From: Gammaproteobacteria bacterium
GTDB taxonomy: Bacteria; Pseudomonadota; Gammaproteobacteria; JBAYZB01
Reading direction: 5' to 3'
Length of the DNA stretch: 47,437 nt
Assembly (NCBI GenBank): GCA_041672765.1
Contig: JBAYZB010000002.1
Coordinates: 1 to 47,437, forward strand
In this document: positions 1-9,040 of the stretch, in pieces
Numbering within the stretch: position 1 is the stretch's first letter
How the letters are laid out: each line of letters starts with the position of its first letter
Made by a program: the position numbers and the translations under genes
The notes under the pieces: generated by a model
What the model saw: only the letters and a program-made list of their open reading frames with translations
The model's database searches: none
Told to the model about the DNA's origin: nothing

Positions 1-1
1 G

Positions 2-2206
2 GCCGCGCCGACGCCGGTGTCCGCCTACCTGCATTCGGCCACCATGGTGAAAGCGGGCGTGTTCCTGTTGATGCGCTTGTGGCCGGTCCTCTCCGGCACG
101 CCGGAATGGGGTTGGATCGTCATGGGGGCCGGGGTGATCACGCTGCTGATCGGCGCCTTCAATGCCATCTTCCAGGCGGACCTCAAGGGGCTGCTCGCTT
201 ATTCCACCATCAGCCACCTGGGCCTGATCACGGTACTGCTGGGGATCGGTACGCCGCTCGGGGTGGTGGCGGCGATCTTCCACACGCTCAATCACGCCAC
301 CTTCAAGGCGTCGCTGTTCATGGCCGCGGGCATCATCGACCACGAAACTGGCACGCGGGACCTGCGCATATTGCGCGGGCTGCGGCACGCACTGCCTATT
401 ACCGCCACCCTGGCCATCGTGGCCAGCGCGGCCATGGCGGGCGTGCCGCTGCTGAATGGCTTTCTCTCCAAGGAGATGTTCTTCGCCGAAACCCTGGCCG
501 TCGGTGGTCCGGAGCAGTGGTGGATGTCCCTGGCGGCGGTGGCGATGGGCATTTTCAGCGTGGCCTACGCGCTGCGCTTCATCAGCATCTTTTTCGGCCG
601 GTTGGCGGATGATCTGCCGAAGGCGCCACATGAGCCGCCGCGCTGGATGCGCTTTCCGGTGGAGGTCCTGGTGGTGCTCTGCCTGGTGGTCGGCATCATG
701 CCCGGATATAGCGTCGGCCCGTTCCTGCACGACGGGGTGGAAGCGGTCCTGGGCGACAACACGCCCGACTACAGCCTGGCGGTGTGGCACGGCTTCAACA
801 TGCCGATGCTCATGAGCCTCACCGCCCTGCTCGGCGGCATCGTGTTTTATGCCGTGCTGCGCGAGCGTTTCAATCTGCGCCAACGCAGCACCGTGCCGAT
901 GCCGATCCGGCTCAACGGCGGCCATGTCTACGACAGCCTCATGCTGTACCTGTCCACCGGCGCCGATTGGTTGATAAAGCGGGCCGGCGCCCGGCGTCTG
1001 CAGCCGCAACTGCTGCTGATGATGGTGGTGATGCTGGCCATGCCGCTGCTCCTGGCCGGACCGCTGCCGCGCCTGGACGCGGCGCTGTTCGAGGACCTCG
1101 ATCCGCTGTTTGCCGCCATGTGGCTGATCGGGGGCGCCTGCGCCATTGCCGGGGCGTGGCAGGCCAAGTATCACCGCCTGGCCGCGCTGATCCTGGTGGG
1201 CGGCACGGGGCTCGTCACCAGCATGACCTTCCTGTGGCTGTCGGCGCCCGACTTGGCGCTCACCCAGTTGATGGTGGAGACGGTCACCACGGTGTTGATC
1301 CTGCTCGGGCTGCGCTGGCTGCCGCCGCGGATCGCGCCCGAGGAACTGAACATCCGGACCCCAGGCAGCGCTTGGCTGCGGCGCTCGCGCGACCTGGCCG
1401 TCGCCGTGACCGGCGGGCTCGCCCTGGCCGCCGTAAGCTTCGTAGTGCTGACGGCGACGCCGCCTGCCGACGGGATCGGCGGCTTTTTCGTGCTGCGGGC
1501 GCTGACGGAGGGCGGCGGCAGCAACGTGGTCAACGTGTTGCTGGTGGATTTCCGTGGCTTCGATACCATGGGCGAGATCACTGTGCTCGCCATCGTCGCC
1601 CTGACGGTGTATGCGCTGCTGCGCCGCTTCCGCCCCGCGCCGGAAAGCATCGAAATCCCGGAGCAGCGGGCCAACACCATCGATCCGGCCGTCCGTCAGA
1701 CGCCGGCCGAACAGGTGGAGCGCGGCTACATGCGGATCCCCGCCGTCTATCTACAGTTCCTGCTGCCCTTCATCATCGTCACCGCCGCGTTCTACTTCAT
1801 GCGCGGCCACAATCTGCCGGGCGGTGGTTTTGTCGCCGGGCTGATCTTCGCGGTGGCGTTCATCGTGCAGTACATGCTGGCGGGCACCATCTGGGTGGAA
1901 TCGCGCCTGCGCCTGCGCCCCCATCGATGGATGGCGTGGGGGCTGGCCACGGCGGTGTTGACCGGTGCGGGCGCGTGGCTGTTCGGCTATCCCTTCCTGA
2001 CCAGCCACACCTTGCACCTGCAACTGCCGATCCTGGGCGAGATCCACCTGCCCAGCGCCTCCATGTTCGACCTGGGCGTGTTCCTGGTGGTGGTGGGTGC
2101 AACCATACTGATCCTGGTGGCGCTCGCGCACCAGTCGATCCGCAGTCACCGCTATCCTGCGGGCGAAGGGAAGCTGCCCGCCCCCGTACCGAGGGAGGTT
2201 CCATGA
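2..2206 (+). CDS. mrpA: Monovalent cation/H+ antiporter subunit MrpA/MnhA with fused MrpB-like C-terminus; 5' end truncated by the window edge
   Basis: The open frame runs from the window edge with no start visible (ORF track 17..2206). It is a polytopic NuoL/ND5-like membrane protein. The C-terminal part carries the MnhB-type signature RGHNLPGGGFVAGLIF, as in fused A+B subunits of 6-gene Mrp/Pha/Sha operons. The stop overlaps the next start (ATGA). Confidence 0.85.
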   Translation, partial: AAPTPVSAYLHSATMVKAGVFLLMRLWPVLSGTPEWGWIVMGAGVITLLIGAFNAIFQADLKGLLAYSTISHLGLITVLLGIGTPLGVVAAIFHTLNHATFKASLFMAAGIIDHETGTRDLRILRGLRHALPITATLAIVASAAMAGVPLLNGFLSKEMFFAETLAVGGPEQWWMSLAAVAMGIFSVAYALRFISIFFGRLADDLPKAPHEPPRWMRFPVEVLVVLCLVVGIMPGYSVGPFLHDGVEAVLGDNTPDYSLAVWHGFNMPMLMSLTALLGGIVFYAVLRERFNLRQRSTVPMPIRLNGGHVYDSLMLYLSTGADWLIKRAGARRLQPQLLLMMVVMLAMPLLLAGPLPRLDAALFEDLDPLFAAMWLIGGACAIAGAWQAKYHRLAALILVGGTGLVTSMTFLWLSAPDLALTQLMVETVTTVLILLGLRWLPPRIAPEELNIRTPGSAWLRRSRDLAVAVTGGLALAAVSFVVLTATPPADGIGGFFVLRALTEGGGSNVVNVLLVDFRGFDTMGEITVLAIVALTVYALLRRFRPAPESIEIPEQRANTIDPAVRQTPAEQVERGYMRIPAVYLQFLLPFIIVTAAFYFMRGHNLPGGGFVAGLIFAVAFIVQYMLAGTIWVESRLRLRPHRWMAWGLATAVLTGAGAWLFGYPFLTSHTLHLQLPILGEIHLPSASMFDLGVFLVVVGATILILVALAHQSIRSHRYPAGEGKLPAPVPREVP

Positions 2207-2547
2207 ATACGATCATCGCCCTTTCCATCGGCGTGCTGTTCGGGTCCGGGATCTGGCTCATTCTGCGTCCGCGCACCTTCCAGATGATCATCGGGCTGCT
2301 GCTGATGTCCTACGCGGTCAACCTTTTCATCTTCATCATGGGACGGCTGGCGGTGAATCGCCCGCCCCTGACTCCGGCCGGCACCGTTCCGGACCCGGCC
2401 GCCCTGACCGATCCGTTGCCGCAGGCCCTGGTGTTGACGGCCATCGTGATCGGTTTCGCCACCACTGCGCTCTACCTGGTGCTGATGATCGGCTCGCGCG
2501 GCGTGACCGGGACTGACCACGTGGACGGCAAGGAGCCGGATCAATGA
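2203..2547 (+). CDS. mrpC: Na+/H+ antiporter subunit MrpC/MnhC (NuoK-like)
   Basis: ATG at 2203 lies inside ORF-track entry 784..2547. The 114-aa protein has 3 TM segments (MNTIIALSIGVLFGSGIWLILRP...). ATGA overlaps link it to both neighbours. Confidence 0.85.
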   Translation: MNTIIALSIGVLFGSGIWLILRPRTFQMIIGLLLMSYAVNLFIFIMGRLAVNRPPLTPAGTVPDPAALTDPLPQALVLTAIVIGFATTALYLVLMIGSRGVTGTDHVDGKEPDQ

Positions 2548-4163
2548 GGCTGGATTGGATCGAACACCTGATCCTGATCCCCGTGCTGCTGCCATTGCTG
2601 GTGGGCGCGCTGCTGATCGTCATCGGCGAGGCCCATCACCGCCGCAAGTTCGCCATCAATCTCGGTTCCGTGCTTGGCCTCCTGGCGGTGGCGCTGGTCC
2701 TGGTGGGGCTGACGGACGGCGAGCACTGGCCGCGGGGCATCGGCGTGTACCTGGCCGCGAACTGGCCGGCGCCGTTCAGCATCACACTGCTGGCCGATCG
2801 TTTCTCGGCCCTGATGCTTCTGCTCACGGCGGTGATCGCGGCCGCGGCGCTGCTGTACTCCATGCTGAGCTGGAGCCGCATCGGGGTGCATTTCCACTCC
2901 CTCTTCCAGTTTCTGCTCATGGGGGTCAACGGCGCGTTCCTCACCCACGATCTGTTCAACCTGTTCGTGTTCTTCGAGGTGATGCTGGCGGCCTCCTATG
3001 GCCTGCTGCTGCACGGCTACAACCTGACCCGCATCCGCGCGGGCCTGCAGTACGTCGCCGTGAACCTGGTGGCGTCCCTGGTGTTCCTCATCGGCGTGGC
3101 GTTGATTTACGCCTCCACCGGCACGCTGAACATGGCGGACCTGGCCGCGCGTGTCGCGGATCTCGGCGGCAACGATCTGACGTTGTTCAAGGCCGGCATG
3201 GCCGTGCTCGTCGTCGCGTTCCTGGTCAAGAGCGCCATGTGGCCGCTCGGCCTCTGGCTGCCCACCGCCTATGCGGCGGCATCGCCGCCGGTGGCCGCGA
3301 TGCTGGCGCTGATGACCAAGGTGGGCATCTATGTGATCCTGCGCCTGTGGCTGCTGGTCTTTTCCGATGCCGGCGGCGCGGCGGCGGGCTTCGGTCATGA
3401 AGTCCTGCTGTGGGGCGGCATGGCGACCATCGCCTTCGGCGCCATCGGCATGCTGGCCAGCCAGGAGCAGGGACGATTGGCGGGCTACGCGGCGATCATC
3501 TCCTCCGGCACGCTGCTGGCGGTGGTGGGCTACGGACAGCCCTCGCTGGTGACCGCCGGGCTGTTCTATCTGCTCAGTTCCACCCTGGCCATCGCCGCTT
3601 TCATGCTGCTGATCGAGCTGAACGACCGTGTCCGTTCCCCAGCGGCGGCGATGCTCGCGGTGACCATGGAGGCCTTCGAGTTCGAAGAGTCTCCGGAGCA
3701 GCCCGTGGGCAAGGGCATCCCGGCCGCGCTCGCGTTCCTGGGCCTCTCCTTCGCCGCCTGCGCGTTGATCATCGCCGGTCTGCCGCCCCTGTCCGGCTTC
3801 GTCGCCAAGTTCGGTCTGTTCCATGCATTGCTCAACCCCGGCCGGCCCGGCGCGTCGATCGACGCATCTGTCTGGGCGCTCATGGCGCTGCTGCTGGTGT
3901 CCGGATTGATCGCCATCATCGCGCTGATGCGGTTCGGCGTGCGCACCTTCTGGGCATCGCCGGTGACGCCGCCGCGCCTGCGCTTCATGGAAGTGGCGCC
4001 GGTCATCCTGCTGCTGTCGCTGAGCGTGGTGCTCACCGTGCGGGCCGGTCCCGTGTTCGAATATCTGGAGCGCGCGAGCGCGGATCTGCACCGTCCGGCC
4101 GGCTACATCGACCGCGTGCTGTCGACTCCGGCGGTGTCTGAAAATGGGGAGGACAAACGATGA
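2544..4163 (+). CDS. mrpD: Na+/H+ antiporter subunit MrpD/MnhD (NuoN/ND2-like)
   Basis: 539-aa polytopic proton-pumping-type subunit. Its position in the operon fits mrpD, and the start/stop overlaps are ATGA. Confidence 0.9.
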   Translation: MRLDWIEHLILIPVLLPLLVGALLIVIGEAHHRRKFAINLGSVLGLLAVALVLVGLTDGEHWPRGIGVYLAANWPAPFSITLLADRFSALMLLLTAVIAAAALLYSMLSWSRIGVHFHSLFQFLLMGVNGAFLTHDLFNLFVFFEVMLAASYGLLLHGYNLTRIRAGLQYVAVNLVASLVFLIGVALIYASTGTLNMADLAARVADLGGNDLTLFKAGMAVLVVAFLVKSAMWPLGLWLPTAYAAASPPVAAMLALMTKVGIYVILRLWLLVFSDAGGAAAGFGHEVLLWGGMATIAFGAIGMLASQEQGRLAGYAAIISSGTLLAVVGYGQPSLVTAGLFYLLSSTLAIAAFMLLIELNDRVRSPAAAMLAVTMEAFEFEESPEQPVGKGIPAALAFLGLSFAACALIIAGLPPLSGFVAKFGLFHALLNPGRPGASIDASVWALMALLLVSGLIAIIALMRFGVRTFWASPVTPPRLRFMEVAPVILLLSLSVVLTVRAGPVFEYLERASADLHRPAGYIDRVLSTPAVSENGEDKR

Positions 4164-4666
4164 AGCGCTGGCTGCCTGCGCCGTTGACCTCGGCCGCGCT
4201 GCTGCTGACCTGGCTGCTGCTCAATCAGAGCGTCGCGCCGGCACATCTGCTGCTGGGCACACTGCTCGCGATCGCCGTGCCCCTGCTGACACGGCCGTTG
4301 CAGCCGCTGGGGGACCCGCGGCCGCAAAGGCTGCTGGTACTGTTCCGCCTGCTGCGAATGGCGTTGGCGGAAATCATCCGCTCGGCCTTCAACGTCAGTC
4401 GCATCATCCTGTTCACCAATCCGAAGGGCGTGAATTCCCAGTTCATCCGGATACCGCTCGATCTGCGCAATCCGTACGGGCTGGCGCTGCTGTCGATGCT
4501 CATCAACACCACGCCTGGAACGGTGTGGGCGGAGATCATTCCCGGCACGCATGATCTGGCCCTGCACGTGTTCGACCTGCACGACGAGGCGTGGTGGGTC
4601 GACACCATCAAGACGTGCTACGAAAAACCGCTGATCGAGATTTTCGACGGAGGGGCGCCATCATGA
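4160..4666 (+). CDS. mrpE: Na+/H+ antiporter subunit MrpE/MnhE
   Basis: 168-aa small membrane protein in the canonical fourth position of the operon, ATGA-coupled on both sides. Confidence 0.8.
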   Translation: MKRWLPAPLTSAALLLTWLLLNQSVAPAHLLLGTLLAIAVPLLTRPLQPLGDPRPQRLLVLFRLLRMALAEIIRSAFNVSRIILFTNPKGVNSQFIRIPLDLRNPYGLALLSMLINTTPGTVWAEIIPGTHDLALHVFDLHDEAWWVDTIKTCYEKPLIEIFDGGAPS

Positions 4667-4941
4667 CACTGTTGTTGGAACTGGCCATCGGATTCCTGCT
4701 CGTGTGCGTCGTTCTGTCGATGCTGTTCTGCACCGTGCGGCTGCTCATCGGCCCGTCGGCTCAAGACCGCGTCCTTGCCCTGGATACGCTGTGGATGTGC
4801 TGCATGCTGCTGGCGCTGGCGCTGGGCATCCGCTTCGGCAGCGACATCTATTTCGATGCCGCGCTGATCATCGCGCTGCTCAGTTTCGTGTCCACCATCG
4901 CGCTCGCCAAGTTCCTCATGCGGGGGGAGATCATCGAATGA
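4663..4941 (+). CDS. mrpF: Na+/H+ antiporter subunit MrpF/MnhF
   Basis: ATG at 4663 (internal Met of ORF 4591..4941) overlaps the mrpE stop. The 92-aa protein has 3 TM segments (MTLLLELAIGFLLVCVVLSMLF...). Confidence 0.8.
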   Translation: MTLLLELAIGFLLVCVVLSMLFCTVRLLIGPSAQDRVLALDTLWMCCMLLALALGIRFGSDIYFDAALIIALLSFVSTIALAKFLMRGEIIE

Positions 4942-5336
4942 ACGGCGTGGAGACTCTGCCCGCCTGGGCGGCGCTGGTGGTCGCTTTGCTGCTGATCCTG
5001 GGCGGCTGCATCATTCTCATCGGCACGCTCGGGCTCATGCGCCTGTCGGACTTCTATCAGCGCATCCACGGCCCGGCGATTACCATTACCCTCGGCGCAG
5101 GCTGTGTCCTGATCGCCTCGATGATCTACTTCACCGTGCTGCAGTCGCGCTTGGTGATCCATGAATTGCTCATCAGCGCATTCGTCCTGCTGACCGCCCC
5201 TGTGGTGGCGATGATGATCATGCGGGCGGCGGTATACCGCGACCTGCGCGCCGGCAAGCCGGTCTGGGATCGTTTTCAGACGAAGCCGGCCCCATCCAGC
5301 AAGAAGCACGGCGACGACAAAGCGCAGGGGCTGTGA
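4938..5336 (+). CDS. mrpG: Na+/H+ antiporter subunit MrpG/MnhG
   Basis: ATG at 4938 (internal Met of ORF 4704..5336) overlaps the mrpF stop. The 132-aa membrane protein contains the typical LSDFYQRIHGP motif. Confidence 0.8.
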   Translation: MNGVETLPAWAALVVALLLILGGCIILIGTLGLMRLSDFYQRIHGPAITITLGAGCVLIASMIYFTVLQSRLVIHELLISAFVLLTAPVVAMMIMRAAVYRDLRAGKPVWDRFQTKPAPSSKKHGDDKAQGL

Positions 5337-5347
5337 CGGACAGGATC

Positions 5348-5371
5348 GTGCGCGACCGCCGCGCCGCGCAC
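5348..5371. terminator. Possible bidirectional hairpin between the convergent mrpG and response-regulator genes
   Basis: GTGCGCG (5348-5354) pairs with CGCGCAC (5365-5371) around a 10-nt loop, in the 51-bp convergent spacer. There is no U-tract on either side. Confidence 0.3.
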
Positions 5372-5387
5372 CGTCCGTGACCGGCGA

Positions 5388-6038
5388 TTACGGCGTGAGC
5401 AGGCGATGCCGGATGGCGAGGCGCGTCAACTCGGCATTGGTCGCCACGCCCAGCTTGTTCCTGATCTGCGTGCTGTAGTTCGCGACGGTTTTCGTGCTGA
5501 GGCACAGCACGGTGCCGATTTCGCTCACGGTACGCCCCTCGGCAAGGAGACGGAATATCTCGAACTCGCGCACCGACAGGGCGCGCAGCGGGTCGGCGGC
5601 AGCGGCCGGTTTTTGTGCCGCCACGTCGTGTTCCACGTCGGGGCTCAGGTAGCACATTCCGTCCGCCACGCATTGCACCGCTTCCACCAGAACCTCCGGC
5701 GCGCTGCTCTTGGTGACATAGCCGCAGGCGCCGGCCTCCAGGGCGCGCTCCACAAAGGCCGCGTCCTCGTGCATGCTGAATACCAGAACACGCGCCTCCT
5801 GATCGCGCGCAGTGATGTAGCGGATCGCCTCGAAGCCGCTCATGTCCGGCAACGATAGATCCATGATCACCACATCGGGCGTGAGGGTCTGGTAGCGCTG
5901 ACAGGCAATCCGGCCGGTTTCCGCCTCTCCGACGACGACGATACCCGCGGCGTGCTCCAGCAATCGGCGGTAGCCGGCGCGCACCACCGCGTGATCGTCC
6001 ACGACGAGAACCTTAATTGTCTGCGCCGGCGTGTTCAC
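5388..6038 (-). CDS. NarL/FixJ (LuxR-type HTH) family response regulator
   Basis: The REC domain shows VLVVDDH and the acceptor context VVIMDLSLPDMSG. The C-terminal GerE/LuxR HTH is LSVREFEIFRLLAEGRTVSEIGTVLCLSTKTVANYSTQIRNKLGV. The GTG start at 6038 is preceded by GGAGG and overlaps the kinase 3' end by 26 nt. Confidence 0.9.
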   Translation of the reverse strand: MNTPAQTIKVLVVDDHAVVRAGYRRLLEHAAGIVVVGEAETGRIACQRYQTLTPDVVIMDLSLPDMSGFEAIRYITARDQEARVLVFSMHEDAAFVERALEAGACGYVTKSSAPEVLVEAVQCVADGMCYLSPDVEHDVAAQKPAAAADPLRALSVREFEIFRLLAEGRTVSEIGTVLCLSTKTVANYSTQIRNKLGVATNAELTRLAIRHRLLTP

Positions 6039-7419
6039 TCGCCATCCTCCGGATCTCGCAGGGAAGTCTCACCTGCACCTCCACCCCTGCGCCGGGACCG
6101 GTGCTGAGCTGGAACGAGCCGGCCAGGGCGCGGACGCGTTCCGCCATCCCAAGCAGGCCGAAGCCGGTGGTGGGCGCGTTGACATCGAAGCCCCGGCCGT
6201 CGTCTTTAACATGCAACCGCACCTGCTCGTGCGCCGGCCCGCCTTCCCCTTCCCCTCCTGCTTCGTATTCCATGCCGCGCGTCAGCGTAACGGATACGGT
6301 CCGGGCATGGGCATGACGGCTGATATTGGTCAGACACTCCTGCAGCACGCGGTACAGGGTGATCTGGGCATCGCCGCTCAGGTCGTCGAACGGCCCGTCG
6401 GCGGAAAAACGGCAGGCGACTTCGGGATGGCGCGCGTTCCAGTCCTTGAGCGTCTCGCGTAGCGTCGTTTCCAGCCCCAATTCATCCAGCATTGCCGGGC
6501 GCAGGCGGCGCATCATGCTGCGGATCACCCCGTACACATGGTTGGCCACGGCGGTAATGGCCTGGGCGTGTTCGTGGGCGTCCGGACACCGCTCGGCGGT
6601 GAGCCGGCCGATGGAGACCGCATCGGCCTTGATGGCGCTCAGGCACTGCCCGAGTTCGTCGTGCAGTTCGCGCGCGAGACTGCGCCGTTCCTCTTCCTGT
6701 ATGGCCAGGGAGCGCTGCGTCAGGAGCCGGGTCTGCTCCTCGCCCTGTTCCAGGCGCTCGGTCATGCGATTGAAGTGTTTCGAAATGCGCGACAGCTCCG
6801 GCAGCGCGAACAGCGGCAGGCGCTGGCGGTAATCGCCCCGCTCCACGCCGTCCAGCGCGGCGAGTATCGTGCCGATCGGCTGCAGGCCGCGCCCGATGGT
6901 GAAGAACACCAGGGCATTGGCCGCGACGTAAAAAACCAGCAATACCGCGAGCATATCGCGCGCTTCCTTCCAGGCTTCGGTGATCTCGTCGGCCGGATCG
7001 GCGCGCAGCGCGATGCGCCCGACCTCGTTGTCCGCCAACGTGAAGGAGTGGGCGAGTTCCATCGGACTCGGCGCCACCAGCCGCACGAACCAGTCGGGTG
7101 CGTCCGGCCGCTCGGGGTTTTCCGGCGGCCCTTGCTTGACGCGCACGATGCCGTCGCTGGTGCGCAGTTCGAGATCCAGATGCCGGGTGGTCTTCAGGGC
7201 GGCGATATGTTCGAACAGGTGCCGGTACCGCGCGGTGCTGGTGCTCAGGTCCGGACCGGACAGGGCCGCCTGCAGCAGTTGCGAGGTAAGCTCGGCGGCG
7301 GAGCGTAGCTCCTTGTCCACGGCCTGCTGCGCATTGCGGATGACGAGCGTCACGCCCAACAGCAACGTGAGCGCGAGGGCTCCTGCGATCATCAGGTTGA
7401 GGCGCAAGCGCAGGTTCAT
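6013..7419 (-). CDS. Sensor histidine kinase (2 TM, periplasmic domain, HAMP, HisKA_3, HATPase_c)
   Basis: Two hydrophobic segments (MIAGALALTLLLGVTLVI and LAVLLVFYVAANALVFFTIG) flank a roughly 140-aa periplasmic domain. The H-box is LARELHDELGQCLSAIK. The ATPase motifs are VKDDGRGF and GFGLLGMAERV. I prefer the ATG at 7419; an alternative GTG lies at 7449. Confidence 0.88.
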   Translation of the reverse strand: MNLRLRLNLMIAGALALTLLLGVTLVIRNAQQAVDKELRSAAELTSQLLQAALSGPDLSTSTARYRHLFEHIAALKTTRHLDLELRTSDGIVRVKQGPPENPERPDAPDWFVRLVAPSPMELAHSFTLADNEVGRIALRADPADEITEAWKEARDMLAVLLVFYVAANALVFFTIGRGLQPIGTILAALDGVERGDYRQRLPLFALPELSRISKHFNRMTERLEQGEEQTRLLTQRSLAIQEEERRSLARELHDELGQCLSAIKADAVSIGRLTAERCPDAHEHAQAITAVANHVYGVIRSMMRRLRPAMLDELGLETTLRETLKDWNARHPEVACRFSADGPFDDLSGDAQITLYRVLQECLTNISRHAHARTVSVTLTRGMEYEAGGEGEGGPAHEQVRLHVKDDGRGFDVNAPTTGFGLLGMAERVRALAGSFQLSTGPGAGVEVQVRLPCEIRRMASEHAGADN

Positions 7420-7924
7420 GGCGTCAGTCGGACCTTTGTCAGCGCGCACAGTCGAGGTTGTAACTTGCGCTGACGATGATCAAGCTCTGTTCCCGCAGTT
7501 GTGATCGGATGAGGTCCATCAACTCCCCGCGAGTTCTCTGCGCCGCGCGGGCGCCGGGCCGCCGCTGCCGTCAACCCTGGAGCCTCATCGCCGTCCGCGA
7601 GTGCGGCGCGACGCCCTAAGCGGTCCCTATCGGCAGGGCCGATATCTGTTGCGGCCGGTGCTGCAGTTCTTGATGTTGCCGTTATGCCCGAGGTGGGCAA
7701 GCACCGCCCTATTCCCAGATAAATAGATAGACCACCCCTGTGCGAGTTCAAGGAACGGCAACCCAATCAAGGAGAAGTTCCCGGCTTCGCATATACCCTG
7801 GATCGAGTCAGGCGCTTGCCGCACGGCCGCGGATGGATTTGGAGTCTCAATCGGCGCTATGGTTCGATCGGTTCGAACCAAATGCACTCGCCATCAGCAG
7901 GATCCGGCCGCGTCGACGGCCGTT

Positions 7925-8362
7925 TCATCCAGCCCGGCGCAAATCCTCCGCCGTCTTCGCCGGCGGCTTGGCGACCACGGGTTGTTCCGCGTCGCGTTCG
8001 AGGTGCCGCATGAGGAGGGTCACGTTCTTGCGGTTGGCCTTCCACGCCACGTCGAAGATGTCGCCCACCAGCGGAACGCTCCCCAGCAGGGTGTCGAGCC
8101 CGATATTCCAGGCCATGCGCCACATAAGATGTCTGGGAGCCCCAAGCCGGCGGGCCTCCGAGATCACATAGGCGGAAAGCGCACTGGTAATGACGTCGCC
8201 GATTCCGGGCACCAGACCGATCAGGGCATCCAGCCCGATCCGCCATTTCGTCCCGGGGATCGCGATGCGCTCGTCCATCCAATAGGCCAGCCGGTTGAGG
8301 CGTTCGTAGCTGGCCTGCCGGTCTCGATGGGTGTCTTGCGTATCCTGGTTTTTCACGGGCAT
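7925..8362 (-). CDS. DUF4112-family small membrane protein
   Basis: 145 aa. Repeated G-rich motifs (DALIGLVPGIGDVITSALSAY and DTLLGSVPLVGDIFDVAWKAN) are characteristic of DUF4112, recalled from memory. Confidence 0.6.
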   Translation of the reverse strand: MPVKNQDTQDTHRDRQASYERLNRLAYWMDERIAIPGTKWRIGLDALIGLVPGIGDVITSALSAYVISEARRLGAPRHLMWRMAWNIGLDTLLGSVPLVGDIFDVAWKANRKNVTLLMRHLERDAEQPVVAKPPAKTAEDLRRAG

Positions 8363-8445
8363 CAGGCTTGTTCCGCGCGAAATTTCGGTGATGTCTTAAG
8401 TTTATGCGACGATTATGGCGGCGGCTTCCGGACGGCCGGGCTGCG

Positions 8446-8475
8446 TTGACAATCCATCGCAGTTCCCTGTCTACT
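8446..8475 (+). promoter_or_regulatory. Candidate sigma70 promoter for dgkA
   Basis: TTGACA (8446-8451), an 18-bp spacer, then TCTACT (8470-8475), about 40 bp upstream of the dgkA TTG start. Confidence 0.3.
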
Positions 8476-8512
8476 ACCGTTCACCTCGACCCCTTGAAAA
8501 AAGGCACATAAA

Positions 8513-8884
8513 TTGGGCGACACCGGCGTCAATGAAGTACAACGCATCCTCAAGGCATTCGGTTATTCACTGGCGGGGATTCGTGCAGCCATCCGGCATG
8601 AGGCGGCCTTCCGCTTGGAACTGGTGCTGTTTGTGGTGCTCGCGCCGGTCGGCCTGTGGCTTGGGAATGGCCCGGTCGAGCGGACCCTGCTGATCGGCAG
8701 CCTGCTGCTGGTGCTGATCGTCGAGCTGCTGAACTCCGCCGTCGAGGCGACCGTGGACCGCATCAGTCCGGCGCGTCACCCGCTTTCGGGGCGCGCCAAG
8801 GATCTGGGCTCCGCCGCCGTTTTCGTTGCTCTGCTCAATGCCGGCGCCACCTGGTTCCTGATTCTCGTGCTCCCGTGCCTCTGA
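8513..8884 (+). CDS. dgkA: Diacylglycerol kinase
   Basis: 123 aa with 3 TM segments and the conserved VELLNSAVEATVDRIS motif. The start is TTG at 8513; there is no in-frame ATG nearby. Confidence 0.88.
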   Translation: MGDTGVNEVQRILKAFGYSLAGIRAAIRHEAAFRLELVLFVVLAPVGLWLGNGPVERTLLIGSLLLVLIVELLNSAVEATVDRISPARHPLSGRAKDLGSAAVFVALLNAGATWFLILVLPCL

Positions 8885-9040
8885 GCGCCGATCCCGCTCC
8901 TGCCGCGCCGTGCCGCGGCGCATGAACCGAGGGACTATTCTTTAGGCAGGCGGAATCAAACGTCCTTTTGCGGCAGGCCCCGCCTCTCCCCTCCCAGCAT
9001 TTGGCTGCCGGGTACGCGCCGCATCCCCGGAGGCTTGACC

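Noticed and set aside
2541-4091. 516-aa ORF antisense to mrpD.
   Set aside because: It lies fully inside a well-supported membrane-protein gene on the other strand. Its translation is a low-complexity Arg/Gln/His/Asp/Gly string. This is a typical stop-codon-poor shadow frame of GC-rich DNA.
7439-7519. 26-codon upstream ORF (MDLIRSQLREQSLIIVSASYNLDCAR) with a GGGGAG just before its ATG, ending about 20 nt before the kinase start.
   Set aside because: It is too short and featureless to support. The SD-to-ATG spacing is only 3 nt, and I cannot check conservation. I mention it only as a possible leader peptide.
7861-7879. GGTTCGATCGGTTCGAACC looked like a tRNA T-arm (GGTTCGAA) or a tRNA-fragment attachment site.
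   Set aside because: The flanking bases do not form a T-stem, an acceptor stem or a CCA-compatible 3' end, and there is no cloverleaf. No integrase or mobile DNA lies nearby.
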